Below, piece by piece: positions 9,207-19,334 of a stretch of 64,000 nucleotides of DNA. Made by a program: the position numbers and the translations under genes. Source of the DNA: a virus. Below the pieces are notes generated by a model, which was not told where the DNA came from, searched no databases, and worked only from the letters and a program-made list of their open reading frames with translations. The stretch is from positions 1 through 64,000 of IMG/VR virus record IMGVR_UViG_3300036670_000209; one strand, given 5' to 3'. Position 1 is the first letter of the stretch; each line of letters begins with the position of its first letter.

Positions 9207-10147
9207 TTTGTATCCCTGAACAGGTGATTCATATATGACTCAAATACCTGACTTTCCTTGGCCTGAGACTTAAAGTATCCCACCTCGCCCTCATGCTGGG
9301 CTGCGGCGTGGTGGGTGGGGAATGTTCCCAGGTTCTTGCCTTTTTTTGACAATAACCTGAACTCTTTACCGTGTTTGACAATATGTTCCTGCACTGAACC
9401 TCTGCCCAGCTCTGGTGATTGCCCCTCTGCTGTCACTGTGGGAATCTTGTCCAACACACGGCCCACCTCTGGATCATTGCGGCCATACATCTGCACCAGA
9501 TACTCAGCACGACCCTGCGGATCATTGCGCACCTGATTCCACAGTGCCCTGGCCTGGGTGCCGTGTGATGCATCATAACCCTGACCACCAATGGTCACAG
9601 TTTTTAATCTCTCCTCAGCCACTATACAGTAACCATGCTGGTCAGCTGACCCACTGTCATCCAGGGATTTAAAACTCTTGAAGTAGCTGGCTGACCCATC
9701 TTTCTTGATACCATCAGTACCCAATCGTTGAGCATCAGGCGCACCCACTGCCACTATAAAGATGGTGTTGGTTGGATCAAACTGTGCTGGTAATTTATAG
9801 GGGCTCACCACTTCCAGTATTCGGTCCAGTGGTACACCTGCTGCCGTCATGAATACAGTCTTGTTACTGAAGTTGAATGGTGATTTGACTGCATCTGTTT
9901 TGTTGCTGGTGGCGATATACACATGTTCACGCCCAAATCTTTCCTGCAAGCTGCGAAAAACGTCAGCATGCCCCAGATGAAACGGTTGAAATCTTCCTGG
10001 ATACAACACAACCACCTGCAATTGTGCATCCTCCACATACATGCGTTCATCTGGAGATGTATGTTGTGGGCGAACACTGTCGTCAAACCCCTGCTGACGT
10101 ATCTGGTCCACTGCGGTAAAATTCTCGAATAAGTCATTAATAAACAT
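9203..10147 (-). CDS. Cytidylyltransferase-like (HxGH) nucleotidyltransferase
   Basis: YPGRFQPFHLGH, SPFNFSNK, SHGTQAR motifs; MFINDLFE N-terminus. Confidence 0.8.
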   Translation of the reverse strand: MFINDLFENFTAVDQIRQQGFDDSVRPQHTSPDERMYVEDAQLQVVVLYPGRFQPFHLGHADVFRSLQERFGREHVYIATSNKTDAVKSPFNFSNKTVFMTAAGVPLDRILEVVSPYKLPAQFDPTNTIFIVAVGAPDAQRLGTDGIKKDGSASYFKSFKSLDDSGSADQHGYCIVAEERLKTVTIGGQGYDASHGTQARALWNQVRNDPQGRAEYLVQMYGRNDPEVGRVLDKIPTVTAEGQSPELGRGSVQEHIVKHGKEFRLLSKKGKNLGTFPTHHAAAQHEGEVGYFKSQAKESQVFESYMNHLFRDTK

Positions 10148-10182
10148 GTTGTAAGATCCTGTATGGTATTTATTGTCAGGTG

Positions 10183-10219
10183 GCGAAACGCATGCAGCCC
10201 TGGACCCACATGCGTTTGC
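10183..10219. terminator. Intergenic inverted repeat (terminator or stability hairpin)
   Basis: AAACGCATG (10186-10194) / CATGCGTTT (10209-10217). Confidence 0.4.
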
Positions 10220-10238
10220 TTGACTTACCAGTTACTGA

Positions 10239-11147
10239 TCAGGGCGCTTTCTTAGCCTGATGCAGTGCAGCATTCAACGAATCCGGCATGGCGGAATCTG
10301 ATCCAATTTCCAGTCCACCAAAGGTGGGCATCTTGTCCAGGTTACCAGCAAATTCATAATGACCAATATGATTTAATAGAACTTTACCATGTGCCCAAAT
10401 CTCCCCACCCAGCTGTTGCCAGCGACGGCAGAACAACCAATCCTCTGAGAGATAGTGACCTTTTTCGTCAATCTTACAATCAAAGATACTGTACATCATG
10501 GGCTCATACTGCTTGCCCAGACCCACATCGTCCACATATTTGGTTTCAGGATGGGCAGCAATCAACTGCTCATACACCCCACGCTTGAACATGAGGAAGC
10601 CAGTGGCCATGGTATCCACTGTGAACAAATCGCCCTGTACCTTGGTGTGTGGATTTAGATTGATATTGTAGGAGATGGGCAGGGTCTTCTTGGGATACAG
10701 TCCACCAATCACATCCTTGTCACAGGCAATCATACGCAAGGGATCTTCTGGTTGGAATCGTATGTCAGCGTCAATAAAGAAAAAGTGTGTGGCCTTCTCA
10801 TTGGTCATCATCTTGGCCATGAGATTGTTTCGTGCTCGCGTGACCAAACTCTCATTGACCATGGTGTCCAGACTCCATTGCAGGCCCACCTGCTGTGCCA
10901 GTAGTGCAAATCGCAGGAAGCTGGTCATGGTGGGTTCAGAGATCATACCACCATAGCAGGGGATACCTATGTGCAGATGCCATTTACTAAAATCCACTGG
11001 TGTCCCCTGCGGAGTGGTGGACTGTGCGACTGGTTCCTGCTTATTTTTGGCCGCTGCTGCGGCAGCACGAATTGCCGCCACTGCATCGTCGGTGCTCATT
11101 TTAGGCAGGGTAGTAGTGGTTTGTGGGCGTTTAGTTTTCTTTACCAT
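10239..11147 (-). CDS. GT-A fold glycosyltransferase-like protein
   Basis: IGIPCYGG, ESLVTRARN, FFIDADI (DxD), ATGFLM, LSEDWLFC. Confidence 0.8.
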   Translation of the reverse strand: MVKKTKRPQTTTTLPKMSTDDAVAAIRAAAAAAKNKQEPVAQSTTPQGTPVDFSKWHLHIGIPCYGGMISEPTMTSFLRFALLAQQVGLQWSLDTMVNESLVTRARNNLMAKMMTNEKATHFFFIDADIRFQPEDPLRMIACDKDVIGGLYPKKTLPISYNINLNPHTKVQGDLFTVDTMATGFLMFKRGVYEQLIAAHPETKYVDDVGLGKQYEPMMYSIFDCKIDEKGHYLSEDWLFCRRWQQLGGEIWAHGKVLLNHIGHYEFAGNLDKMPTFGGLEIGSDSAMPDSLNAALHQAKKAP

Positions 11148-11161
11148 GTGTTCTTTCTTGT

Positions 11162-11332
11162 TTATTGTTGGTCAATCTCAATCATCACATCAGGGCCCAC
11201 CAGTTCCTGAATTACTGCTTCCAGACTTTCCTGTGCATCGTCGGCCAGCAATGGATTATCAACATTGAGTTGATGGGTTCTAACCATACGGCTAAGAGTG
11301 ATTGTGAGTTGTTGTGTTTGTAGCGTTGCCAT
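11162..11332 (-). CDS. 56-aa hypothetical protein
   Basis: MATLQTQQLTITLSRMV...EIDQQ; AAGGA RBS and TAAATA upstream. Confidence 0.65.
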   Translation of the reverse strand: MATLQTQQLTITLSRMVRTHQLNVDNPLLADDAQESLEAVIQELVGPDVMIEIDQQ

Positions 11333-11357
11333 AGTGAATCCTTGGTTATAGTAGTAT

Positions 11358-12080
11358 TTATTTATTCACGACCACCATCTCCTGGATCCTACTGATAAGC
11401 ACTGGACATATAAGTGATAAAAATGTCATGACCCCCAGATCGTTGCTATTAATATGACCGGGCCAGATATATCCGTGAGTGGCAGCCAGGGAATCCATCA
11501 AACTTTTGGACCCATGTGCAACCACTGGATCCAATGTCTTGAGATACATGTGTAATTGATACTTTTGCTCACTGGTATATATTCCAGTCCTAACATATGC
11601 CTTGTATTTGAATTTATTTTTGCTACCAGTGAGCTGTAGCCCTTCTGCTAATAATGTTTGCTGCTGCTGATTTTCTGGCATGATGATACTGGTCATACTG
11701 GTGTAAAAGGCCGGACCCAGTTCATGTGCCAATCTTTCTATTTGATTGGAGGATTCAGCATACACGAACACCTGCGCCCCATTAATTATAAATTTTACAG
11801 TTGGATTTTTCTCGATAAAGTCATGCATGCTGGACAGCAGAGCAAGGTCCACCTGGCTTGCAAATTCCTGAAAATCTTTTGTATCCCAAAATGAACGTCT
11901 TTTTTCTTTTTCTTTGATCAGCATCAGGTATTCGCTGGGTGGGCGGCCACTGGATAACATCCTAGCACAGGGAAGAAACACACACAGCCGGTATAAATAT
12001 TTTCCATAACTAATTTTTAATGTACGTCGTATCTTGATGTACGGATTTATTTTATTCCAAAATATATGTGTGGTATTCAT
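11358..12080 (-). CDS. Hypothetical protein
   Basis: 240-aa ORF in operon context. Confidence 0.7.
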   Translation of the reverse strand: MNTTHIFWNKINPYIKIRRTLKISYGKYLYRLCVFLPCARMLSSGRPPSEYLMLIKEKEKRRSFWDTKDFQEFASQVDLALLSSMHDFIEKNPTVKFIINGAQVFVYAESSNQIERLAHELGPAFYTSMTSIIMPENQQQQTLLAEGLQLTGSKNKFKYKAYVRTGIYTSEQKYQLHMYLKTLDPVVAHGSKSLMDSLAATHGYIWPGHINSNDLGVMTFLSLICPVLISRIQEMVVVNK

Positions 12081-12096
12081 GTGTATAAATGAGTTG

Positions 12097-14376
12097 TTAC
12101 GCCAGCACTATAAAACCGTGCTCGTCCACTGAGGGCGTGGACTTTCCATCCAGCATCAGCTGAACTGAGAATGTAATCCGATTGTCCACACAGTCAACAA
12201 CTATCAGACTGTTGGCACCAATATTTTCAAACAGTATTTTCCTGGACAGCGGAGTTTTAATTAGATCTGATATCTTACGTTTAACTGGGCGCGCACCCAT
12301 CTTGGCATCGAATCCTTCCTGAATCAGGTGATCCACTGTGGCCTCAGTGACTCTGATTTTAAGCATTTTGTCCAGCATCAGCTCATTTAGCTCTGCAATA
12401 TTCTTGGCCACGATCTTACGCATGCTCAGTCGATCCAGAGTGTTAAACTTGATGATACCATCCAGTCGGTTGCGGAACTCTGGCTTGAAGAAGTTTTTTA
12501 CAGCTTTGTCATCTTCATCAGACTTTTGTAGTTCCCGACCAAATCCAATGTTATTCCGCTCATTTGCCGCTGCACCCAGATTACTGGTTAGTACAATAAT
12601 ACAATTACGGCAATCAGCCTGCTTGCCATTGGACCCAGTGACCATACCCTCATCCATCATGGTCAACAATATGTTGGACACATCAGGGTGAGCTTTTTCC
12701 ACCTCATCAAACAGAATCACTGCATTGGGATTTTTTTCAATGTCACTGATCAGCTTGCCGCCAGCCATGGCACCATCATCATATCCCACATAACCAGGAG
12801 GCGCACCAATCAACTTGGCCACTGTGTGCTTTTCCTGATACTCACTCATATCATAACGCAATAATTTCATGCCCATGTTTTCAGCAATCAGCTTACTAAG
12901 TTCTGTTTTTCCGGTACCACTGGGGCCCAGAAACAGGAAGCTACCAATGGGCTTGTTCAGTTCCTTGAGACCAGCCTTGGCCACGTAAATTTTCTCCAGC
13001 ACATTATCCACTGCGCTGTCCTGGCCATAGAGTTTTTCCTTGATGTCGCCTTCCAGTGTGGTCAGGCTACTACTAGTTTCAACTTGCCCAATCTGATCTG
13101 CGGGAATTTTGGTAAACTTGCTGATAGCATCCACCACATCCTTCTTGGTAATATGAAACACTGTGTTGCGTATGCGCTGACGTGCACAGCAGGTGTCAAT
13201 GATGTCAATAGCCTTGTCCGGTAACTTTTTATCGTGCTGGTATCTGACAGTGAGATCCACTGCTGCATCAATGGCTTCATCAGATACTGTGCCGCCGTGG
13301 AACTTTTCAAATTTATCACGGAGGCCGCGAAGAATTTCCTTGGCCACTGCTGGTGCTGGCTCGTCCACTGTGATACGCTGGAAACGGCGCATGAGTGCGC
13401 GATCCTTGTCAAAGGATTGATTGTATTCTTCCCAGGTGGTACTGGCAATTACCTTGATCTCGCCCTTGCTCAGTGCTGGTTTAATCATGTTGCTGAAGTC
13501 CACGCTACTATTACTGCCACCACCGGCACCGCGCATCTGATGTGCCTCATCAATAAACAGTATGGTTTTGCCCTTGACCTTGAGTGCTTTGAGTACATTT
13601 TGTAGTTTTTCTTCAAATTCACCACGATATTTACTGCCAGCCAGCAAGCTACCAATATCCAGGTTGTATACTGTGTATCCCAGCAAATAGTCAGGTACAC
13701 GGCCCTGTACAATATTCAGTGCAATGCCTTCTGCAATGGCAGTTTTACCCACGCCTGGGTCTCCAACCAGTAGAACATTACTCTTGTTACGCTTGGCCAG
13801 TACCTCAGTGATTTCTTCCAGTTCCTGGTCGCGACCAATCACTGGATCAATCTTATCCTCACGGGCGACCTTGTTCAGATCAGTACAGTATTGCTCCAGG
13901 AATTCATCCACCTGCTCCAGGCTGGCCTGGGTCATGTTAACATCTTCCTTGTAGTTGCGATTATAGTATTCCACCAGCTGCTGGCGATCCATGCCATATT
14001 TGACCATGAAGTAATGGGCATAGCTGTTGACTTCTGCAAAGATGGCCAGATACAGATCAATCAGTTGTATGTGAGTTCGGCCACTGAACAGCACCTGTGT
14101 GAATGCTCGGTTAAAAATACGTTCCAGTGCATGTGTTTTCTTGGGCTCTGATTCAGTGGACTTTACTGCATCGCTCAGTCCCAGCAGATAAACCCTGAGA
14201 TCAGTGGTGATACCCTTTAGGTCCACGCCAAAGCCAAACAGTAGTTCATTGAATGGCTTGTATTGAACTAGTGCCAGAGTCAGATGCTCCACTGTAACAT
14301 ATTCATGTTTGTGCTCCTTGGCCAGTATAGTGGCTTCGGATACGATTTGGTCGATTTCTGGGTTTGTTTGTAACAT
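12097..14376 (-). CDS. clpA: ATP-dependent Clp protease ATP-binding subunit
   Basis: Clp N domain (HEYVTVEHL), two Walker A (GDPGVGKT, GPSGTGKT), FIDEAH, LIGAPPGYVGY, PEFRNRLD. Confidence 0.93.
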   Translation of the reverse strand: MLQTNPEIDQIVSEATILAKEHKHEYVTVEHLTLALVQYKPFNELLFGFGVDLKGITTDLRVYLLGLSDAVKSTESEPKKTHALERIFNRAFTQVLFSGRTHIQLIDLYLAIFAEVNSYAHYFMVKYGMDRQQLVEYYNRNYKEDVNMTQASLEQVDEFLEQYCTDLNKVAREDKIDPVIGRDQELEEITEVLAKRNKSNVLLVGDPGVGKTAIAEGIALNIVQGRVPDYLLGYTVYNLDIGSLLAGSKYRGEFEEKLQNVLKALKVKGKTILFIDEAHQMRGAGGGSNSSVDFSNMIKPALSKGEIKVIASTTWEEYNQSFDKDRALMRRFQRITVDEPAPAVAKEILRGLRDKFEKFHGGTVSDEAIDAAVDLTVRYQHDKKLPDKAIDIIDTCCARQRIRNTVFHITKKDVVDAISKFTKIPADQIGQVETSSSLTTLEGDIKEKLYGQDSAVDNVLEKIYVAKAGLKELNKPIGSFLFLGPSGTGKTELSKLIAENMGMKLLRYDMSEYQEKHTVAKLIGAPPGYVGYDDGAMAGGKLISDIEKNPNAVILFDEVEKAHPDVSNILLTMMDEGMVTGSNGKQADCRNCIIVLTSNLGAAANERNNIGFGRELQKSDEDDKAVKNFFKPEFRNRLDGIIKFNTLDRLSMRKIVAKNIAELNELMLDKMLKIRVTEATVDHLIQEGFDAKMGARPVKRKISDLIKTPLSRKILFENIGANSLIVVDCVDNRITFSVQLMLDGKSTPSVDEHGFIVLA

Positions 14377-14379
14377 GAA

Positions 14380-15252
14380 TTATTCCGCTTTAATTAGTTG
14401 TTTGATGGTGTCCAGTTGTTCCTGCGACAGATTGGTGGGTATTTGGATATTTGCTATGATCAACATGTCTCCCCGGGAGGAGGTTTTGGTATTTACCTGA
14501 TATAGTCCCTGACCAGAAACTTTAAATTTCTGCCCAGGTTGAGTTCCTGCTGGCACGGTTAATTCAAAAGCTTTTCCTTCCAAACTGGAAAATTCCAGTG
14601 TACAGCCTATTATAGCATCCAGTGCACATAAGTCAATGGCCTGAATCAGATTCAGCCCCTGGACCTGAAACTGAGTATGATCACGAATGGTAATCATGGC
14701 CATCAGATCCCCAGCTGCCAGATTTTCAAACATGTGGTCTCCCTGCCCTGTGTATTTGATAACTGTACCTGACAGAGAGCCACGTGGTATTTGTATTTCT
14801 AGTTCCACTGGAGGCTGGCCATTACGCTTGTTCACACGCACAGTTCTGCGCTGATCCAGCAAGGTTTCCTCCAGTGTCAGAGTCAACTGTACTGAGATAT
14901 TGCTATTCTTGCGGCCACCTGCCGGGCGAAACTGCTCAAAAGGGTTCCCCCCACCTGTACCGAAATTAAATCCTTTGAGCAAGTCCTCCATGCCCGGTGG
15001 GTAGGATCTGTTGGCTGACTGATCTGCACCAAAATTAGCATGAGATACAAAAGGATTGCTGCGTGAACGATCATATTGTTCACGCTGCTGCACATCCCCC
15101 AACACTGCATACGCTGCCTGTATACTTTGAAACTTGGCAGTGTCCCCACCTTTGTCTGGGTGATGTAGACTGGCCAGTTTTCTAAATGCTTGTTTGATTT
15201 CATCAGCAGTGGCGCTGGGCTCTATTGCTAGTACATCATAGTAATTATCCAT
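14380..15252 (-). CDS. DnaJ/CbpA-type co-chaperone lacking the zinc finger
   Basis: J domain with HPD (LHHPDKGG), G/F region, DnaJ_C (VPAGTQPG..GQG). Confidence 0.9.
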   Translation of the reverse strand: MDNYYDVLAIEPSATADEIKQAFRKLASLHHPDKGGDTAKFQSIQAAYAVLGDVQQREQYDRSRSNPFVSHANFGADQSANRSYPPGMEDLLKGFNFGTGGGNPFEQFRPAGGRKNSNISVQLTLTLEETLLDQRRTVRVNKRNGQPPVELEIQIPRGSLSGTVIKYTGQGDHMFENLAAGDLMAMITIRDHTQFQVQGLNLIQAIDLCALDAIIGCTLEFSSLEGKAFELTVPAGTQPGQKFKVSGQGLYQVNTKTSSRGDMLIIANIQIPTNLSQEQLDTIKQLIKAE

Positions 15253-15294
15253 GACCTATTGTACGGTAGATCCTGGATAATAGCAAGTCCAGTG

Positions 15295-15558
15295 TTACCG
15301 TTTATTTTTAAATATCTGAGATTGGATGCGATACCAATCATTCCAGGCATCCACTTGCGCTGAGCACAGGTGATACTGTTGATAGTTTTCAGCCACTGTT
15401 CTGGTCAGGTCACTGAGTTTGGTATCCAATGGTACCAATTTAAGACCGGCACAGTTCTGTGTAAGTTCCATGGGTGCCACTGGAAAGGCTGGGTCCACTG
15501 GTAGTACAGTTGCACATCCAGATAGAGCCAGTAAACACAAGATCAATGGTATTTTCAT
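15295..15558 (-). CDS. o-spanin (Rz1-like lipoprotein)
   Basis: Lipobox LSGC, Pro-rich, two further Cys; overlaps the i-spanin end. Confidence 0.75.
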   Translation of the reverse strand: MKIPLILCLLALSGCATVLPVDPAFPVAPMELTQNCAGLKLVPLDTKLSDLTRTVAENYQQYHLCSAQVDAWNDWYRIQSQIFKNKR

Positions 15559-16022
15559 TTGATGGCGCCTGTTGCACTGAGGTTCAACTGTTCCACGCTG
15601 ATGTTCAGCGCAGCGGCGTTCACGGCACGCACCACTGGTGCTGGAATCACACAGGCCGCGTCATACTTGGTTACTTCACGGTCCACATATTGTATCACTG
15701 CGGCGCTCTGTTTGGTAATGTATACTTTCTTTTCCACAATCTTTTCCACCACCAGGGTGTTGGCCTGGGCTGACTCAGTGGCCAGTCTGGCAGCCTCTAT
15801 TCTGGCAGCCTGTACCTTGGCCTCCCAGCCAGCACGCTCAGATATACCTCCCTGCACCCATACCCCAGCAACCAATAACAGCACTGATACCAGTTGTATG
15901 GGCAGCCGCATCTGACTCATCAGTGGTACGGCACCCAGCAGCAGACTGGCCAGCATACCCAGCGCACCTAATACTATCATGCCATGAATCACGTATCCCG
16001 GCAACCAATCCAATATCCACAT
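15555..16022 (-). CDS. i-spanin (Rz-like)
   Basis: N-terminal TM helices, coiled coil, C-terminal Cys; between endolysin and lipoprotein; start at MWILDW. Confidence 0.7.
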   Translation of the reverse strand: MWILDWLPGYVIHGMIVLGALGMLASLLLGAVPLMSQMRLPIQLVSVLLLVAGVWVQGGISERAGWEAKVQAARIEAARLATESAQANTLVVEKIVEKKVYITKQSAAVIQYVDREVTKYDAACVIPAPVVRAVNAAALNISVEQLNLSATGAIK

Positions 16023-16023
16023 G

Positions 16024-16692
16024 CTATGCTCCCAGGACCACCAGGGCCTTGTTATATCTGGCCAGACGGTCAGCCAACCCATTGGTTCCACCATTGATTA
16101 TTTTGGTTACCCTGGTGGTATCTCCCAGATCAGACCATCGATTCAAATCATTGTTTTTCCAGAACCAGCAGGCACTTTCCACAGCGCCCAGCTGGGTTCC
16201 CAGATATGCAGTAACGGCTGTTATGGGCATTTCCACTGAGAATGCAAACAATTGGTAGTTGGCGGCTCCGGTCAACTGGATCAACCCACGACCGCAGTGT
16301 GCCCAGCCATCTCCACTGGATTCATCGCCATTGCCCATGCGATTAGCATAGGTGGCGTTGGCAATTTTTTCCGGTTGCCGTGAAATAGAATTGGCCTTAT
16401 CGTTGGGGGCATAGGGCTTAATAGCTGTGCCAGTGGAATCAGTAATTGCATACCTGTTGGGCCAGGTGTTGGCCAATCCCTGTGCTGAATAATTTAGATT
16501 TTCAACATAGGCAGTAAAATCGTTGGATTCATGCCCAGTTTGTGCAATGAATTGTGCCACACGAATTTTACTGGTGATCTGATATTTTGGCAACATGTCA
16601 CACAGTGCAGTGTACCATTCAGTTGGGTGACGATTATTGTTGATCAGCTGAGCTAGCTGATCATTCGTGAATTTGAAATCGAACTCTGACAT
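16024..16692 (-). CDS. Glycoside hydrolase family 19 endolysin
   Basis: FIAQTGHES, ENLNYSA, GRGLIQLTG..NY, SACWFW, TKIINGGTNGL.DR. Confidence 0.93.
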   Translation of the reverse strand: MSEFDFKFTNDQLAQLINNNRHPTEWYTALCDMLPKYQITSKIRVAQFIAQTGHESNDFTAYVENLNYSAQGLANTWPNRYAITDSTGTAIKPYAPNDKANSISRQPEKIANATYANRMGNGDESSGDGWAHCGRGLIQLTGAANYQLFAFSVEMPITAVTAYLGTQLGAVESACWFWKNNDLNRWSDLGDTTRVTKIINGGTNGLADRLARYNKALVVLGA

Positions 16693-16735
16693 ATTTGATA
16701 CTCCTGGTATCAGGTATTTATGTCAGGTCAGCTGA

Positions 16736-17287
16736 TTAGATTATTCCAGCCCAGCGGCGCAATTGCTCGGTCATCTCGTTTTTTGGTGCCTTGGTATCTA
16801 TTTTGACACCAGCGGCGGCTTTCATGCGATCAATCTCAGATTTGCCAAACTTTCGATTATATTGCTCTCTGCTCAGGGGTATAATTTCTCCCAGCACCTG
16901 CTCAGTGAGATCATAATCAGTACCATCCTTCTGATACCGCACTGTCCAGTCATCCAGCGATTGCTCAGTGAGATTCATCAGATCCTGCATAATACCATGG
17001 ATTTGTCCTGGTAACTCGGCAGTTCGTTCAATCTCCACAAACACTATGTAATCACCATCTGGCATTTCTCCGCCTGAGGTATCACTGTCCAGTATGAAGG
17101 AATAACCTTTTTCAAAGAATCCCATGAGATCCAGTGCTGGCTCCTTGCCGTCCAGTTTGAAACTCAGCACGCATACATCAGAGTCACGTCCCAGTTTACT
17201 CTTAAACTCATCTATGTGCAGGGAAGGAAATACCAGTCTGGTGAGATCTCCTTGTTCCATGCCTTCATTAAACTGTGGGTGCTGCAT
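16736..17287 (-). CDS. Hypothetical phage protein
   Basis: ORF from MQHPQFNE, coupled to upstream gene. Confidence 0.7.
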   Translation of the reverse strand: MQHPQFNEGMEQGDLTRLVFPSLHIDEFKSKLGRDSDVCVLSFKLDGKEPALDLMGFFEKGYSFILDSDTSGGEMPDGDYIVFVEIERTAELPGQIHGIMQDLMNLTEQSLDDWTVRYQKDGTDYDLTEQVLGEIIPLSREQYNRKFGKSEIDRMKAAAGVKIDTKAPKNEMTEQLRRWAGII

Positions 17288-17855
17288 TTGGTTGTCCTTG
17301 TTGTTGTCCTGGTACTGGCACGGGTGATGCGGCCCCGGCCGCATCAGTTCCGTCACCAGCCTTGTATTGTTTCTCATCATCGCCCTGCTCATATGCATTT
17401 TCCACATCTTCCATGTCTATGGTGCCAGTTTCCAGTTCCAGACTACCCTGATGAATTTCCTGCATGAGTTTCTTGGGCATGACAATTTTAACCAACCATA
17501 TGGGTGCTTCACCCTTGCGCGGGACCTTGGAGTTTGGCCGAAAGTCCCCGGGATTCTTGACCTTGATGGGATATTCCAGTGTATCACGCTTGTATCCCAC
17601 CTCGCATCCATAATCCACCAGACGTTCAGCAGCATGTGGGTCTGGCATGAACTTGTAGGGCCACATGAAAGTACAGGTGACAAAGTACTTTTCATATATA
17701 GGACCTTCCACCAGTTCTCCCTGTTTCCAGTTGGCAAAGGCGTATAGGTCCAGTTCGTCCACCACACGTTCAAAATCCATGAGGGTCTTCAACGCACTGT
17801 CAGTTACTGACAGTGTCTTGGAGTTTTCTATTACATCTTTTATATGTTTTGCCAT
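17268..17855 (-). CDS. Hypothetical phage protein
   Basis: 195-aa ORF, TAAATA upstream. Confidence 0.75.
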   Translation of the reverse strand: MAKHIKDVIENSKTLSVTDSALKTLMDFERVVDELDLYAFANWKQGELVEGPIYEKYFVTCTFMWPYKFMPDPHAAERLVDYGCEVGYKRDTLEYPIKVKNPGDFRPNSKVPRKGEAPIWLVKIVMPKKLMQEIHQGSLELETGTIDMEDVENAYEQGDDEKQYKAGDGTDAAGAASPVPVPGQQQGQPNAAPTV

Positions 17856-17902
17856 TGCTTTTAATCCAGTATGTAATATTTATCCAGTGCGCTGCTGCTC
17901 AG

Positions 17903-18961
17903 TTACTGGCGTGATTTGGTGGCAACATTGTCCTTGTATATTGCGTCCACGCCAAATACATTACTGGACCACCACACCAGGTCCTTGAGGGCAGCACGTG
18001 TGGTCAGCTGATACAGGGTAATCATGGCCCGGGTAACTTCAGTGCCCACTAAAAATTCATACTTGCCGTTGGCACGATTAATGGATTCCATGGCCACTGG
18101 GTCAGCCACCAGGTCGCGCAGTGCTTGTCGTAATTTTTCAGTGTTTGGATTACCTGCATTTACCCACAACGATTTTTGCAACACATCCCTCCAATTTTTA
18201 ACCAGCATGTAACTGTTGTACAGCTCTCCGCTGGGGGCCACACCCCACTTGTTGCGATATACTGTTTCAAAAAATACACTGGCTGGATAATTTGTATCTG
18301 CAACCACTTTACCAGTTTTAATATCCAAAACTCCCTCATTGAACCAGGTGCTGTTATATGCCAGCGGTACAAAAAACTTGTTGTATGCAGATGGAGTCTC
18401 ACGCATGACATTCAGCTCACCACGCATGAATGCCAGTCGTCGTTCACTGGCAGACATACCGTTTATAAATTTAACATTTTCTCGATAACACGTGGCATAT
18501 GCGGCAAGATTGGCACGTGGGCCGCACATGAGCAGGGTCATGGCCATCATGTCTGGATTATTACCACTACCAGCAGCAAACTTCACCTGCTGATAGGGGT
18601 CACTATCAGTGCGCTGTCCCACCACCACGGTGATGTTCATGGCACCAATGGGAGACCAGTCTTTGTAGTTATATTTGACATTTTCCAGCAAAAAGCTTTC
18701 TGCATTGCCACCATGCGCCACCATGACCGTTTTATTGTCAAATCTCAAAGTTTCCTGAAATTTGGTGGGTCCTGGAATATCCCTGGCACCGGGTAAATGC
18801 TGAATGTAGATTCTTTCCCCCAGCTTCTTTTCCAATTCTCTGGTAACAATGCTAGCCCACACACTGGTGCCACCGCCAGGTTCCTGTGGTACAATAAAGG
18901 TATAGTCAGCATGGGCTGCCAGGCTGCATGCAGCCAGCAGAGATAATAAATATTTTTTCAT
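17903..18961 (-). CDS. TctC/Bug-like periplasmic substrate-binding protein
   Basis: Signal peptide ending AHA; IVPQEPGGGTS..HLPGA resembles Bug IVPxxxGGxxD..NxPGA; linked to TctA. Confidence 0.7.
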   Translation of the reverse strand: MKKYLLSLLAACSLAAHADYTFIVPQEPGGGTSVWASIVTRELEKKLGERIYIQHLPGARDIPGPTKFQETLRFDNKTVMVAHGGNAESFLLENVKYNYKDWSPIGAMNITVVVGQRTDSDPYQQVKFAAGSGNNPDMMAMTLLMCGPRANLAAYATCYRENVKFINGMSASERRLAFMRGELNVMRETPSAYNKFFVPLAYNSTWFNEGVLDIKTGKVVADTNYPASVFFETVYRNKWGVAPSGELYNSYMLVKNWRDVLQKSLWVNAGNPNTEKLRQALRDLVADPVAMESINRANGKYEFLVGTEVTRAMITLYQLTTRAALKDLVWWSSNVFGVDAIYKDNVATKSRQ

Positions 18962-19191
18962 TTGTGTAGTAGTCCTTGAAATATAAAATAGTCAGCAAAA
19001 AAAGTCAGCTCAGCACCCACAAATAATGCAAAGTAAAATATATACATGGGCGATATATGCGGGCACCTGATTATTATAGCATCGCGTATGGTTTTAATCA
19101 ACCACCAGGCAGCCAAAACTCTCAGTGTGTAGATAATACAGGTTTGAAAAGTGTCCATGAGAAAATAATATAATCCATCCAAAAACTGCAT
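18958..19191 (-). CDS. Small 2-TM membrane protein
   Basis: Hydrophobic, ATGA overlap with tctC-like gene. Confidence 0.55.
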   Translation of the reverse strand: MQFLDGLYYFLMDTFQTCIIYTLRVLAAWWLIKTIRDAIIIRCPHISPMYIFYFALFVGAELTFFADYFIFQGLLHK

Positions 19192-19334
19192 TGTGCCATG
19201 GTTATTACCGCCAGGTACCAGGACCAGCTGTCACCAACCCAACGACGATAAACACTGGCAAATAATAAAACCAGATTGCCAGTTATAAACAGTCTCAAAC
19301 TAACATAGGTCAGGTTTGCTATTAAAAAATCCAT
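19122..19334 (-). CDS. Small 2-TM membrane protein
   Basis: MDFLIANL..., hydrophobic. Confidence 0.5.
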   Translation of the reverse strand: MDFLIANLTYVSLRLFITGNLVLLFASVYRRWVGDSWSWYLAVITMAQCSFWMDYIIFSWTLFKPVLSTH

